Below, in pieces: positions 26,052 through 38,211 of a DNA stretch of 64,000 nucleotides. The stretch is from Eledone cirrhosa (taxonomy: Eukaryota), in assembly GCA_964016885.1 (NCBI GenBank), contig OZ024741.1, forward strand, positions 54,126,001-54,190,000, given 5' to 3'. Position numbers and translations under genes: made by a program. The notes below the pieces were generated by a model, which was given only the letters and a program-made list of their open reading frames with translations, did not search any database and had not been told where the DNA came from. How positions within the stretch are numbered: the stretch's first letter is position 1; the number at the start of each line of letters is the position of its first letter.

Positions 26052-26436
26052 CGCCAAATTTGGACTAAAATTTCTACAGTGATCAGCGCCAGAGATGAAT
26101 TCAAAAATGGCTAAGAATCATCGCCTGGCTAGTGGTCATATTAGACGGTTGTGAATGGTGGCTAGGTGGCAAGTAGGCTGGCTGCTAGAAAGCGCAGCCA
26201 GATACTGCCTAAAGTTTTACTCTACCGTACGGGAGCATATATTAAATTAGAACTGTTTCATTTGGGAGATATCATCAGGGATTCCTGATGATTATATATA
26301 TATATGGCAACATTGAGGACCGATTAAGTTAGATCGCAGATATAAAAGACAGCGAGAAGCGAAAACCAACCAAACAGTGAGTGTGTTCTGTTATTAATTC
26401 TGGTAATATTACACAAATATGACCCTCCCCAAGTAT

Positions 26437-26496
<60 letters not shown>

Positions 26497-26499
<3 letters not shown>

Positions 26500-26685
26500 A
26501 ACAAGTAAGACCCCGACGGCTGAGCTCAAGCCGTTTCGACGGCTAATTGTGTACAGAATTAGCCGTCGAAACGGCTTGAGCTCAGCCGTCGGGGTCTTAC
26601 TTGTTCCTATTACCCACTCTACTACCCTAAGTATTGAGTACTTTGGTGCGTTATGGTCCACCTGGTTCCTTACCACATTTCCTTC

Positions 26686-26688
<3 letters not shown>
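26497..26688 (+). mobile_element. Fold-back (AT)n-embedded element, family P copy 1
   Basis: ~55-bp-arm palindrome plus ~80-bp tail; GAAACGGC..GCCGTC hammerhead-like 3' half. Confidence 0.85.
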
Positions 26689-26728
<40 letters not shown>

Positions 26729-26811
26729 AAAAATTGAACAGGGACAGAACAGAGAGGCAGTACAATAAATGTTTATTAAATTCACGCTCAGGAGAGTGGG
26801 GTTAGGTGGGG

Positions 26812-26845
26812 GACGACGTTTCGGGCATAAGCCCTTCTTCAGGTG
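26812..26845 (-). ncRNA. Minimal hammerhead motif
   Basis: Minus strand: ac CTGAAGA a gggc ttat gccc GAAAC GTC gt. Confidence 0.72.
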
Positions 26846-27680
26846 AGAAGTGTGTGGGAACAGAGTTCAAAAGGTGTGTAGGGGAGTGGTGGAGAGACAT
26901 ATAGCGAAAGGAAACGGTGCGAATGAAAAATTAACAAATAAAGACAAAAAATATAATAAATAAAAATAAAGCATGATCAAAATACAAGGAATGAGAAAAT
27001 TTAAAAATAAAGGCATGATCAAAATAAACTGAAATTAAAAGGGGGGTAAACAGGTGGTGGAAGGGTGTGGGGTAGGTAGGGGTGGTGGCGGGTGGAGTGG
27101 GGAGAGGGAGACGGGGTGTCCGAGCGGGGAGGGCTGAAGGTGGTGTGTGTGGTTAGGTGTGCGTATGTGTGTGTGTGTGTGTATGTGAAAGTGAGGGTTG
27201 GGGGAAGAACGGGGTTGCATGTTCAGGAAGGTGTGTGTGGGGGTGTTTTTGTGGGTCGGAGTTTCTGTGCGTGTGTGGATAGGGGGTGGGGGGAGAGGAA
27301 TCAGGAGGCTGAGGGTGTAAATATGTGGTGGGAAGCACGTGTGTGTGGTTTAAGCGTTTTGTGGGTGGCGTGTGGATAAAAAAAAATGTTGGGGGGTGTG
27401 TGTGTGGGTGAGTTATATAGGTGATGGTGTAAGAGGATGGTTGAAAAGTTGTTAAGTTCCACGGATGTTAGGAGATTTGGTTAGAAGTCAATTTCGCGTG
27501 TGGGTAATCCAAGAAGCGGTGGTCGGAAGAGGAGAGATGTGGGGTGCGCGCGCAACAGGAAGTGGTCAGCAGTGGGAGTGCTGTGGTCAGTTGGTGCTGA
27601 GAGGTGGTCGGAAGAGCATAGCAGCAGTCGGCGGAATGGTAGGGAGGCGAGGATGGGTAGGTGTGAGAGTTGGAGTGAGG

Positions 27681-27711
<31 letters not shown>

Positions 27712-28192
27712 ATTAGTAGGGGTGTTAGTGGGATGAGTGAGTGTGGAGCGGGGAGAGAAGGGTGTGTGTGGTTCTATGGAGGGAGTGTGGTGTACTGGTG
27801 TGTGTGTAGTTTGGTGAAGAGGTGTTAGCGGGTGTTAGTATACGGGAGGTGGGGAGGGGTGGAATGCAGGTGTGAGTGGGGTTAGTGGTGGTAGGGTGTG
27901 TAGAGTTGGTGGTGTACGAGGGTGTGTGGGTACGTGTGCGTGGGGTTGGGGGGTGTTAGTGATGTTAGTTGCGTGTGGGGTGGGTGGTGTAAGTGGGTGC
28001 GTGTGTGCGTGTGATAAGGAGGGGGAGGAGGAGAAGAGGGGAGGGGAGGGAAAGGATGTTAGTATGTTAGTTGGGGAGGGTGGTCAGATGAGGGGTGGAG
28101 TGGAGGTGTTAGTATTGTTAGTGTGGGGTGGGCGGTGAAAAGGAGGGGTGTGTTAGTGGGGGATAAGTGTGGGGGGAGGGGGCGGTCGAACG

Positions 28193-28535
28193 CTAAAGGA
28201 ATAAAGGTGGGGAGTTCAGGCCGGGGGGAGTGTGGGTCTGTAAGATGAAGATAGTGCGTTGTTCGACCGTAAGGCGATGGGCGGGTGTTCCGTGGCACTG
28301 GAGTAGGCCACAGACTGTGAGATGGCGTGCGGAGTGTCCAGGGCCACCAAAGTGGCGGGCGATGGGGGAACTGCCCCCGAGACGAATATCCCGGAGGTGC
28401 TCCGTGACTCGGCCCGCCAGGCGACGTCCCGTCTGTCCGACATAAGTCGCGCTGCACTCCGTGCAACGAAGTCCGTAGACTAGGTTGGAGGAGGTGCAGC
28501 GGAAGGCATGCCGGACCGAGAGAGAATATGTCCCA
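28193..28535 (-). pseudogene. GIY-YIG endonuclease domain of a Penelope-like element (frame absent from the ORF track)
   Basis: Manual translation FRCTSSNLVYGLRCTECSATYVGQTGRRLAGRVTEH...ARHF...HS...EQRTIFILQTHTPPGLN. Confidence 0.9.
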
Positions 28536-28593
28536 AGGCTCTGAAACCATCAACACCAAAAACACAGAGCTGGCATATCTAAGAACTGACTAC

Positions 28594-28647
28594 CTGCCTG
28601 ATGGGGTCATAGCCATACAATGGCTATCATCGAAACATATATAGCAG
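28594..28647 (+). ncRNA. Degenerate hammerhead-like motif
   Basis: ctgc CTGATGG ..atagccat aca atggctat.. GAAAC atatata gcag. Confidence 0.5.
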
Positions 28648-28689
28648 TAAATAAATGATTATGAGTTCATGTAATTGACTTATGTTTCG

Positions 28690-28839
<150 letters not shown>

Positions 28840-28858
28840 GAGAGAGAGAGAGATGTAT

Positions 28859-29050
28859 ATAACGAAGGAAGTGTGGTAAGGAACCAGGTAGACCATAGCG
28901 CACCAGAGTACTCACTACTTAGGGTAGTAGAGTGGGTAATAGGAAAATGTTTAACCACGACGGCAGAGCTCGAGCCGTTTCGACGGCTATTTCTGGGTCC
29001 AGAAATAGCCGTCGAAACGGCTCGAGCTCTGCCGTCGGGGTCTTGAACAT

Positions 29051-29054
<4 letters not shown>
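28859..29054 (-). mobile_element. Family P fold-back element copy 2
   Basis: Homologous to 26497-26688. Confidence 0.85.
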
Positions 29055-29087
<33 letters not shown>

Positions 29088-30391
29088 TAGGATGAGCCAC
29101 ATCTCATGTGGTCCATTGCTCAAACATATTGCCCATGCCCATTATAAATTTTGGATGAACTTGTAGCTATTGACCACGCAGCTTTTTTTCTATTATATAA
29201 CGTAAGAACTAGTAAATTGCCTATAAGCCAGTATATTACGTTGTTACCATTTGTTCAAGCTCCAGATGTATTATATATTGAGGTGGTATTTGTTGATTTG
29301 TGGCCGCTTTGAAAGAAATCGATATATATTTACGTATCGTTATTTTGATTTAGGCCGTTATAATTGTACTTGATACCACTTTTGGTTTATCTTTTGACAC
29401 AAATTCCTCGCTTCTGAGGCAGGCACACCCATTGAATGGATATGGCATTGAATATGGTGAAATTCCATTCCAAATGGATATGGTGAAATTCCATTCTCGT
29501 GTCAGTCTTTAATTATTTCAAGTGTACAGTTATCGCTATGTGTTGTATTCCATAACAAATTTAGAGAACATTTACAACGGTGTTATTTTAAATTCAACAA
29601 AAATTGAGGTAGCAGAGAGAAACTATCTTTTCTTCTCAGTATTTATGTCTATTTCTTCTATATTTATATCTATGATGACCAATAAATTGATGGTAAAGGT
29701 CGGTTTCCACAAGATCGCGTTTGCTTTTTTTATTGTGTTTCTTTTGTATTTTCGCTATTTGTTTTATTTTGTTCTTTCTGTGAATTTATTCCAATTTCTC
29801 TTTATTTGAGCTTCTTTCTAAATTTGGTTTTACTGGGAGCATCGTTATAACAAAGTCGAGAAATATTAGGTATTGTGTGATAAAAGACATAACATATTTT
29901 ATACGATTGTAGGTGAATGGCTAGAATTTCAGTTATATGACAGAGTTTTATTTAAGCATAGTCTAATAAAATATCTAAAATGTGGTGCTTAAATTAGTCA
30001 GAACTTTAAGTGAAACTCAGAAATATGTCTAAATCGGTATTAAGGACTGAAACACCTCAAAATTATTTCAACGCTTGATAATATACAGCATCACACTCAA
30101 CACATAGCTGTGTTTAACAAGTAGTATGTACAAACCAGACTAGAATACACAAATCACTTTACTCGCTCACTTCGGCCACTTCATAGATACCCATGCTAAG
30201 ATCGAAAAGCCCGTCGGCATATTTCATTACATAAAAAAAATTTAGGCAACAAAGTGTTCTCTGCATAGTCGCCTGTATGGCTATTTATAGCAGGCAGATC
30301 CTCTCCACACTGCTGTCTTAAAACAGGATCATATCGAATAACTTGTCCATATATATGTGTATATATATACACACACACACGCACGCACGCA

Positions 30392-30532
<141 letters not shown>

Positions 30533-30822
30533 GAGAAAATGAGTGAAAAAAAACGAGATGTCCTACACGAATGAAAGTGAAATATAAGGAAAAGAATTCG
30601 AGAATGCAACTGGAGTCTTTTAAAGAATATTTATTTGTTTCACAGTTCTTATGTTTTTTTCAAAAGTAGAATTGAGATGGAGGGTTTGTGTCTTGTAACA
30701 TATGATGGAGTTGTAAGCGCACGATAATGAGAAGCTGCTTTTCTTGGACATTTTTATAAAATCTGGTGGAGCCCATCTCCTGTCCAGCCCTGCACACAGC
30801 CAATTTCATCTAGAGAAAGTGA

Positions 30823-30898
<76 letters not shown>

Positions 30899-30904
30899 AT
30901 GTTA

Positions 30905-31050
30905 GTACAGGACTGGTACTCTATCATTGACCTCGAAATGATAAAAGGCAAATTTAATCTCGGAGGAATTTGAACGCAATGGGCTCCGAACCAGAACTAA
31001 TATCTACAGAGTATTCAATATGGATTTCTAATGGGTTTTCTAATTCGCTG
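30905..31050 (-). mobile_element. Diverged family 1-related SINE
   Basis: ctggtact..ttgacctcgaaatgataaaaggcaaa..atttgaac. Confidence 0.65.
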
Positions 31051-31152
31051 CCATACATATATGGCCGACTGAATACGCACGTGTATGTATTTTTCTCCCC
31101 AATTTTGTTTCTCATTTTTCCCGTTCCTTTGTCTAATAACTATTTCTTACTA

Positions 31153-31188
31153 TCTTCTGATGAAGGACTAGTGTCCGAAACGTTAAGA
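31153..31188 (+). ncRNA. Minimal hammerhead motif
   Basis: tctt CTGATGA a ggac tagt gtcc GAAAC GTT aaga. Confidence 0.75.
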
Positions 31189-31283
31189 CTCTTTTCCTGC
31201 TATTTCAAGCGTTAAGCTAATATATTTCTTCCTTGTTCCGAGCCGATTTTTTGTTGTTGTTTTGTGTTATTTTTGTTATTAAG

Positions 31284-31394
<111 letters not shown>

Positions 31395-31444
31395 AGTGAA
31401 ATTTAAGTGAGTTAATTACTATAATTTTCTTATTGTACGTCTTT

Positions 31445-31480
<36 letters not shown>

Positions 31481-31545
31481 AGAGAGTAGAGTATTGAAGT
31501 TTGCTTAAAGCATTGTTGAATAATAAAAACAATTTTTTTGTCATT

Positions 31546-32002
31546 TTTGGAGGCCTCAACAATGCAGTAGGGTAAATCTCCGGGTAACAGAATCCAGTGG
31601 TGAAGAGAGAGATGTAAGGGAATGTAGAACGAGATGTAAAGTGTGTAGAGGAACGTAGGAAAGAGCGTAAAAAATAAAAATAATAACACGAGATAGAGTT
31701 ACCTTGGGAGAGATTTAATTGTCTCTATATTTCGGATTCGCATCCATCAACTGGGGGATTTTCCGGGGGGGGGGGGGATCTGTCGGAAAACCCCCCATTT
31801 GATGGATGCGAATCCGAAATATAGGGACAACTAAATCTCGCCCAAGGTAACTCAATCGCGTGTTATCATTTTTATTGTTTACGCTCTTTCCTACGTTCCT
31901 CTACACACTTTAATCTCATTCTACATTCCCTGACATCTCTCTCTTCACCACCGGATTCTGTTACCCGGAGATTTACCCATCTGCATTGTTGAGGCTTCCA
32001 AA
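31546..32002. repeat. Long imperfect palindrome (~220-bp arms) between (AT)n tracts
   Basis: Arms are reverse complementary around a G-run at ~31765-31783. Confidence 0.9.
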
Positions 32003-33444
32003 ACGATATATATATGTATGTAAATTTTGAGTATATGTTGATATATGTATATATGTATATATAGAGAGAGAGATAAATATACACGGGTGTATATGAGTGT
32101 GTATAGAAGATTATATTAATAAAAGTAATTCCAACTTTGTCTGATTTACTCGTTTTATTTACAATCCTTTAAAATTTATAATGGTATTAGAATGAAATAG
32201 TATGGTAGAATATTAAATGTTAAGTGTTAATTGAACAAGTACTGTCATGCTTTCGCAATCTTCAGGTTCATATTGTGTGGTGACAGTCAAGTTTGAAATT
32301 TTCAACTGTCATATATACATATATACCATAAAGGACTCATGGGATCGTCAGGTATGATATGTCTTTAATAGTTAGGTACAATCAGGTCTCATGCAATGAC
32401 AGTAACTCATTAGATGGAGAATTGGTTGATATGTGAGAGTCGTCGCAGCTCCTGATTAAGTTGCATAGTTATTCTGACTTTTTGTACATGAATTCCACCG
32501 ACGTCGACGTTAAGACTGCCTTTCAGCCTTTCGTGCTGAAGAAATTAAATACCAGTACAGGGCGTCGAACTGGTAAGTTTATTAATATTTGCGTTATTTG
32601 TTCTGAATTTGTTCTGAATTCTGAGTTCAATATACGGCTTCTACTATTGAATAAAATGGTAAAACGATATAACTGGGTGTGTGTGTCTATTACTACTACC
32701 TTGCACCCAATGGTTTGCAATATTTGATCCGGATCTGCATTCTGAGTTCAAATCTCGATTACTGCTAAAGAATAAAATAACAAAATGATAGAACAGTGCG
32801 TGTGTTTGTGTGTGTATATTTGTGTGTATGCATATCACTAAAACAGGCCCCTATGTGTTGTAACATCTGAGGCAAAATAAACCTATAAAATTGTGAACCG
32901 TAACAACAAGAATTTATGGAGAAAAAAAAAAGAAAAAACCTGGGGACCCTTCCTAACATTCGTTGTTATAGTGACACCGATGTCATTACTTCTAATGAAA
33001 TTCTTACCAAATACTTAAAGTTTCTGGAGGAGGGATTTAGTAATCAACGCAAAACATTCTACATTATCGTAATGGAGAAAAAAAATGATGGCTTTATATT
33101 TTAATGTTGCTAAACCACTTGATTACGGCTGTTGTCATGTGATGGCTTTATGGCTTGAATCATTAGTAACTTGCTGCGATTCAGTCTATATTTGCTCTCT
33201 ACACTCAGACAACATTTTTTTTCTGCTTATGCCAGGTTTCTCAACCTACATTTATGGTCTGCTAGCAAGTTTTATTTGTAGTTATTCAAGGATATTATTA
33301 TACAAGTCTTCAGCTTCTTTGATAAGCATTCAATTCTGACGTCAATATTTAACTAAGTTATCAGAATTTGCGTTTTCTTGATAATAATATAACAGGGCTA
33401 TACATACATACATACATACATACATACATACATACATACATACA

Positions 33445-33478
<34 letters not shown>

Positions 33479-33505
33479 AATTCAGACATACACACACAAA
33501 TAAAT

Positions 33506-33548
<43 letters not shown>

Positions 33549-33566
33549 CATGTGTATATATATATG

Positions 33567-33688
<122 letters not shown>

Positions 33689-33696
33689 TGTGTGTT

Positions 33697-33763
<67 letters not shown>

Positions 33764-33981
33764 ATATATAGACAGAGGAGGGAGAGAATAGACAGATAGA
33801 AAGAGATTAATAGAGGGCAATAGACAGGCAGGTTAACAGACCACTAAAGAGATATAATAATTTTTATTTTAGTATATTTGAGTCATGTTATTTTAAAAGG
33901 AAATTAATGTAAGTACATACATTTTATTTTGGTGGGGGTGCGGGTGCCATTTCACATATCTTTTTAATTTTACCTTATTTG

Positions 33982-34030
<49 letters not shown>

Positions 34031-34033
34031 CAG

Positions 34034-34083
<50 letters not shown>

Positions 34084-34258
34084 ATAGATATATATAGAAA
34101 GCAACTTGACTAAGTCGTGTAGATTTATTTAAAGGTTTACTTTAAGAAAATGCATTCATCTGAATACGGATACTCGTCGATTGCCAAGAAATGGTAAACA
34201 CCAAACGTTGGTATTTTACTGTATATATATATATAAATATAAATTAGAATCAACTAAA

Positions 34259-35345
34259 TAGAATCAACTAAAAAAAATCAAGAAAATTAACTGGTCAATA
34301 GCTAGACTCTGGAGATTAATACAAATATAAATTAGCGAGAATCATATTTCGGCTATTGGAAATTAGCGAAAAACAACTTCCGAGATGTGTGGCAAGCGCT
34401 CAATAAATTCTAATGAACCAGAGCTACAACATACGTTAAAAGGCCAAACCCTCTGAGACGATGGTTAAACCATTATCCGCACAGCCATAGAAACGACCAA
34501 GTAATTCGGGTCAAACAAATTAAAAAAATGTAATTGAAAAGTTTACCCGGACCTCTGGATGGTTGGTAAAAATCCAGCATTTGGGTTTCTGCGACTCCTA
34601 AATCAAGTACTGTCCGCTTAGACAAATAATGTTAGGCTTCTGGTAATATTATTGAACAAGGATGTCACTTTCTCAACAGGCTTTTAGTTCAAGTGCCAGG
34701 CCAAGGATTGACCGTTACCAATACCCACGTGGGGCTCGACAAGGGAGGCAACCCTTATTTTTGGCGGATGAATTCAGTATGTGTATATTATTGCAAAATT
34801 GCAAAATATCACAAAACGAATTAAGTTCTCAACAGAATGGTTTTAAAGTTAACAAAAGCTATTCATCAGTCAATAGAATCAACTAAAAAATCAAGAAAAT
34901 TAACTGGTCAATAGCTAGACTCTGGAGATTAATACAAATATAAATTAGCGAGAATCGTATTTCGGCTTTGGAAATTAGCGAAAAGCAACTTCCGAGATGT
35001 GTGGCAAGCGCTCAATAATTCTAACTAACCAGAGCTACAACATACCTTAAAAGGCCAAACACACTGAGACGATGGTTAAACCATTATCCGCAAAGCCATA
35101 GAAACGACCAAGTAATTCGGGTCAAACAAATAATAAAATGTGATTGAAAAATTTACCCGGACCCCTGGATGGTTGGTAAAAATCCAGCAGTTGGGTTTCT
35201 GCGACTCCTAAATCAAGTACTGTCCGCTTAGACAAATAATGTTAGGCTTCTGGTAAGATGATTGAACAAGGAAGTCACTTTCTCAACAGGCTTTTAGTTC
35301 AAGTGCCAGGCCAAGGATTGGCCGTTACCAATACCCACGTGGGGC
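34259..35345. repeat. Partial tandem duplication, period ~614 bp
   Basis: tagaatcaactaaaaaa...cccacgtggggc occurs twice. Confidence 0.9.
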
Positions 35346-38211
35346 AGAGCACGTATTTTCGTTTCCCAGAGCACGTATTTTGCTTCTGACAACGCAGCCT
35401 TCATTCTTTGCGTCGAACAACTGGTCCAAGGCCGTTCTCGTCGCTAGCAGGCTGGCTACGTTGCCACTCCTAAGTGCCTTTTCTACTTTATCTACCAGTT
35501 CCTTTTCGGTTTTAGTTCTATCTAACACTAATTCTTTACTAAAAGCTATCGAGTCTAATCTAACTGCCCTCTTGAGAGAGTACCACCATCTGTTGTTGAC
35601 AATGGCCCCCGTCAAGTGCTGCTTAACTAAAGTGCTAATATGTCTATTGTAGGCTTTGCATGTCGGTAACGACAAGTTCAGCTTCCATTAGCCGGGTCCC
35701 AGTCTATGGGTTTTATCAAGGTTGACTACGCAGGTCACTAATTTGTGATCTGAATAGGCAACCATGAACATTTGTGAACAGCTTAACATGTTCCTATCCT
35801 TCTTTCTAACTAGAACCCTATCTAGGTACGATCTAGATGTTCTCCTACGATTAGTCCACGTCCACAGTGGCACAGTCGGAAAATATAGTCGATATCTATC
35901 GGCCAGGTCAAATCGGCCGATTAACTGTTTGAGGTTGTTACACCCCTCTCTATCGGGACATGCTCCCACATAGTCCCAACGTGCATCTAGGATTCCATTC
36001 CAGTCCCCCACTAACAGCAGGGAGCGGGACGTTCCCAGAAAAGTCTCTAGACGTTTGAAGAAGTCTGGCCGCGGTGTCCCGGATGGGGCATATGCGGCCA
36101 CCAGCCTGAAGGCTCCACCTTCACTACCGTCAACGTCTAGGACCACCAGTCGACCCTCCGAGTCCAGATGTACGAGGTCCAGGTGTTTCCGCAGCAAAAC
36201 GGCAACCCCACCCTCACCTCCCGGCTGACAGAGAGATCTGCGTAGATCTCAAAGTCGTCGAAGATGGGGGCCAGTTGTCGCTCACTGTGGATCCTGGACT
36301 CGCAAATGGCTACTACATCCATACTGTGCGACCTGAGGTCGTTTAAGAGTTTGTCCTATTTACAGGGCATCCCCAGGCCGCGTACATTCACACATCCAAC
36401 TCTTACATTGGCCATGTTGGTGCTGAAAAGTTAAAAAAAGAGGAAAAGAAATCACTCACCTCTTCGTCTCCTGGGGACCAGGCTGCATAATTTCCATGGA
36501 GGTGTTGGAGGGGTTGTTTGGTGTGGTGGTGGTCTCTGGAGGGGTGGGGACAGAGATGTTTTATGGGGAGGGGGTGTCTGATGGGATGGGGGTGGGTGTG
36601 GGGAAACATTTTAACAGGACTCGATTGTAGGGTTTGACGCAGGGGTTACCTACGTCGTTAGGAAATTTTTCTTTTAACTCTTTATGTGTGTCCATGGAGG
36701 TCCTAATCATTTTAAGATTAGGATTCTCCGAAGAGTGTGTAAAAGTTTTCCCTTCGGACTCCACCGAAGGGTTTTTATATATGGTGTCTGTTAAAGTTTT
36801 ATTGTTAGTATTTATGTAGGTGTAACTTTTTTGTTGTGTTGGGTTGCTTTTTGTCTGTGGTTCTTGTGTGTGTTTACGTTTTGTAGTAAGTGTTTTGTTT
36901 TCAGTAGGGGGTGTTTTTGTTTTTGTTTTGCTGTTTGCGTCGCTTGTGTTGGTGTTTGTGTGTTTGTTGCATTTTTGTTTGTGTTATGTCTTTTCTTTTT
37001 CTTTTTACTGGTCGGAAAGGCTCTCCCTCATTGTCACTAGGTGACGATGATGAGGTCTCATCCGTGTTGTTGGGGAGGGGTACATTTTGGGGAGTTGTTA
37101 TGTGTGTGGGTGTTTCTGGAGTTGTTTTAGGTGGAAAGGGGTTGGGTGGGACTGTGTTTGTCGTTTGTTTTGTTGTCACTATTTTTTTATGTTGTTGTTG
37201 TTGTTGTGGTGGTGGTGGTGGTGATTGTTGTGTTGGTGTTGCAGGTGTTGGCAGTAGTGCCTTTTTTAGGCTAGCAAGCTCTCAGGTGAACCCTGTTTAA
37301 GCAGTGGTAACATGAGGGCCGCCTACCATCGATCGAAATGTTTATGTATATAAGCCCATCCAGCAACACACGTTCCGGGATCCTAGCTATTCGTTCTGGT
37401 GTCATTTGGACCAGAACTTCCAGGCTAGTTCCGCTGAACAGGTCGCCGGAGGACTTACCTACCGATATTATATAGTGGCAGTATCGGTAGAGAGTTGGAC
37501 ACCATGCTTTGAAGCATAGAGTTACGTCCCTTTATGATCTGAGTTCAAATCCCGCCGAGGTTAACTTTACCTTTCATCCTTACGGGGTCGATAAAATAAA
37601 GTACCAGTAATGTACTGGTTGATTGCTGGCCTTGTGCCTAAAATAGAAACAATTATATAGTCTGTTTCGAGGTTTAAAAATCCACATAGTACCCACCAAA
37701 TATCAATATTTGGTGTGATACTTTGGATTTTTATTTTCTGTGTTCTTTTCCCCATGTATGTGGGGAAAAAGGCGAACAGCGGTGACACAATTGGCGACAC
37801 AGAATATTTCTGTTCCCTCAATTGGTCTTTCATTAGAATGGATAAACTCCCGTAGAGTCTACCCTTCTGAATAAAAGCAATGTCTTTTAAGGCATTTTTT
37901 AAAGCCAACTCAATTTCACCTTGTGAAAGTTGAGTCGGTTTTCGTGTTTTGTTTGAGATTGTCCTGAAAATCAAAGTTTTCAAGGCAGCTTCTCTTCGCA
38001 AATCTGGGGGAGAGTTTATGGAGAATAATCCGTTCACCCCAAAAGTTACATATTGTCTGGCGTTATTCATAAGCTTATTTGCATTTGAAATATCTACCGG
38101 TGTGTAGCTTACCGTTTTCTTTACGGTTTGCGCAAATGATATTTTGTCGTTTACTTCCTTGTTGCAGTTATTGGTCTTGTTGTTGTTATTATTGTTCTTG
38201 TTTATTATTAT
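35346..38211 (-). mobile_element. Decayed Tx1-like LINE copy C (ORF1 remnants and APE part of ORF2, ATG at 36415)
   Basis: MANVRVGCVNVRGLG, FRLVAAYAP, GDWNGILDARWD, SDHKLV; ORF1 KEKFPNDVGNP. Confidence 0.9.
37477..37651 (+). mobile_element. SINE family 1 inserted in ORF1 of copy C, 10-bp TSD attatatagt
   Basis: TSD at 37467-37476 and 37652-37661. Confidence 0.92.

Larger units (their letters stand above)
26725..28535 (-). mobile_element. 3' part of a Penelope-like element (Neptune-type GIY-YIG, C/A-rich 3' region, hammerhead, ends in (AT)n)
   Basis: GIY-YIG frame plus downstream hammerhead on the same strand; tail repeated at ~52535-52615. Confidence 0.8.

Noticed and set aside
29100-29830. 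Possible very old PLE remnant on minus (also ~22150-22440 and ~32880-33100)
   Set aside because: Only scattered motif hints, no continuous frame
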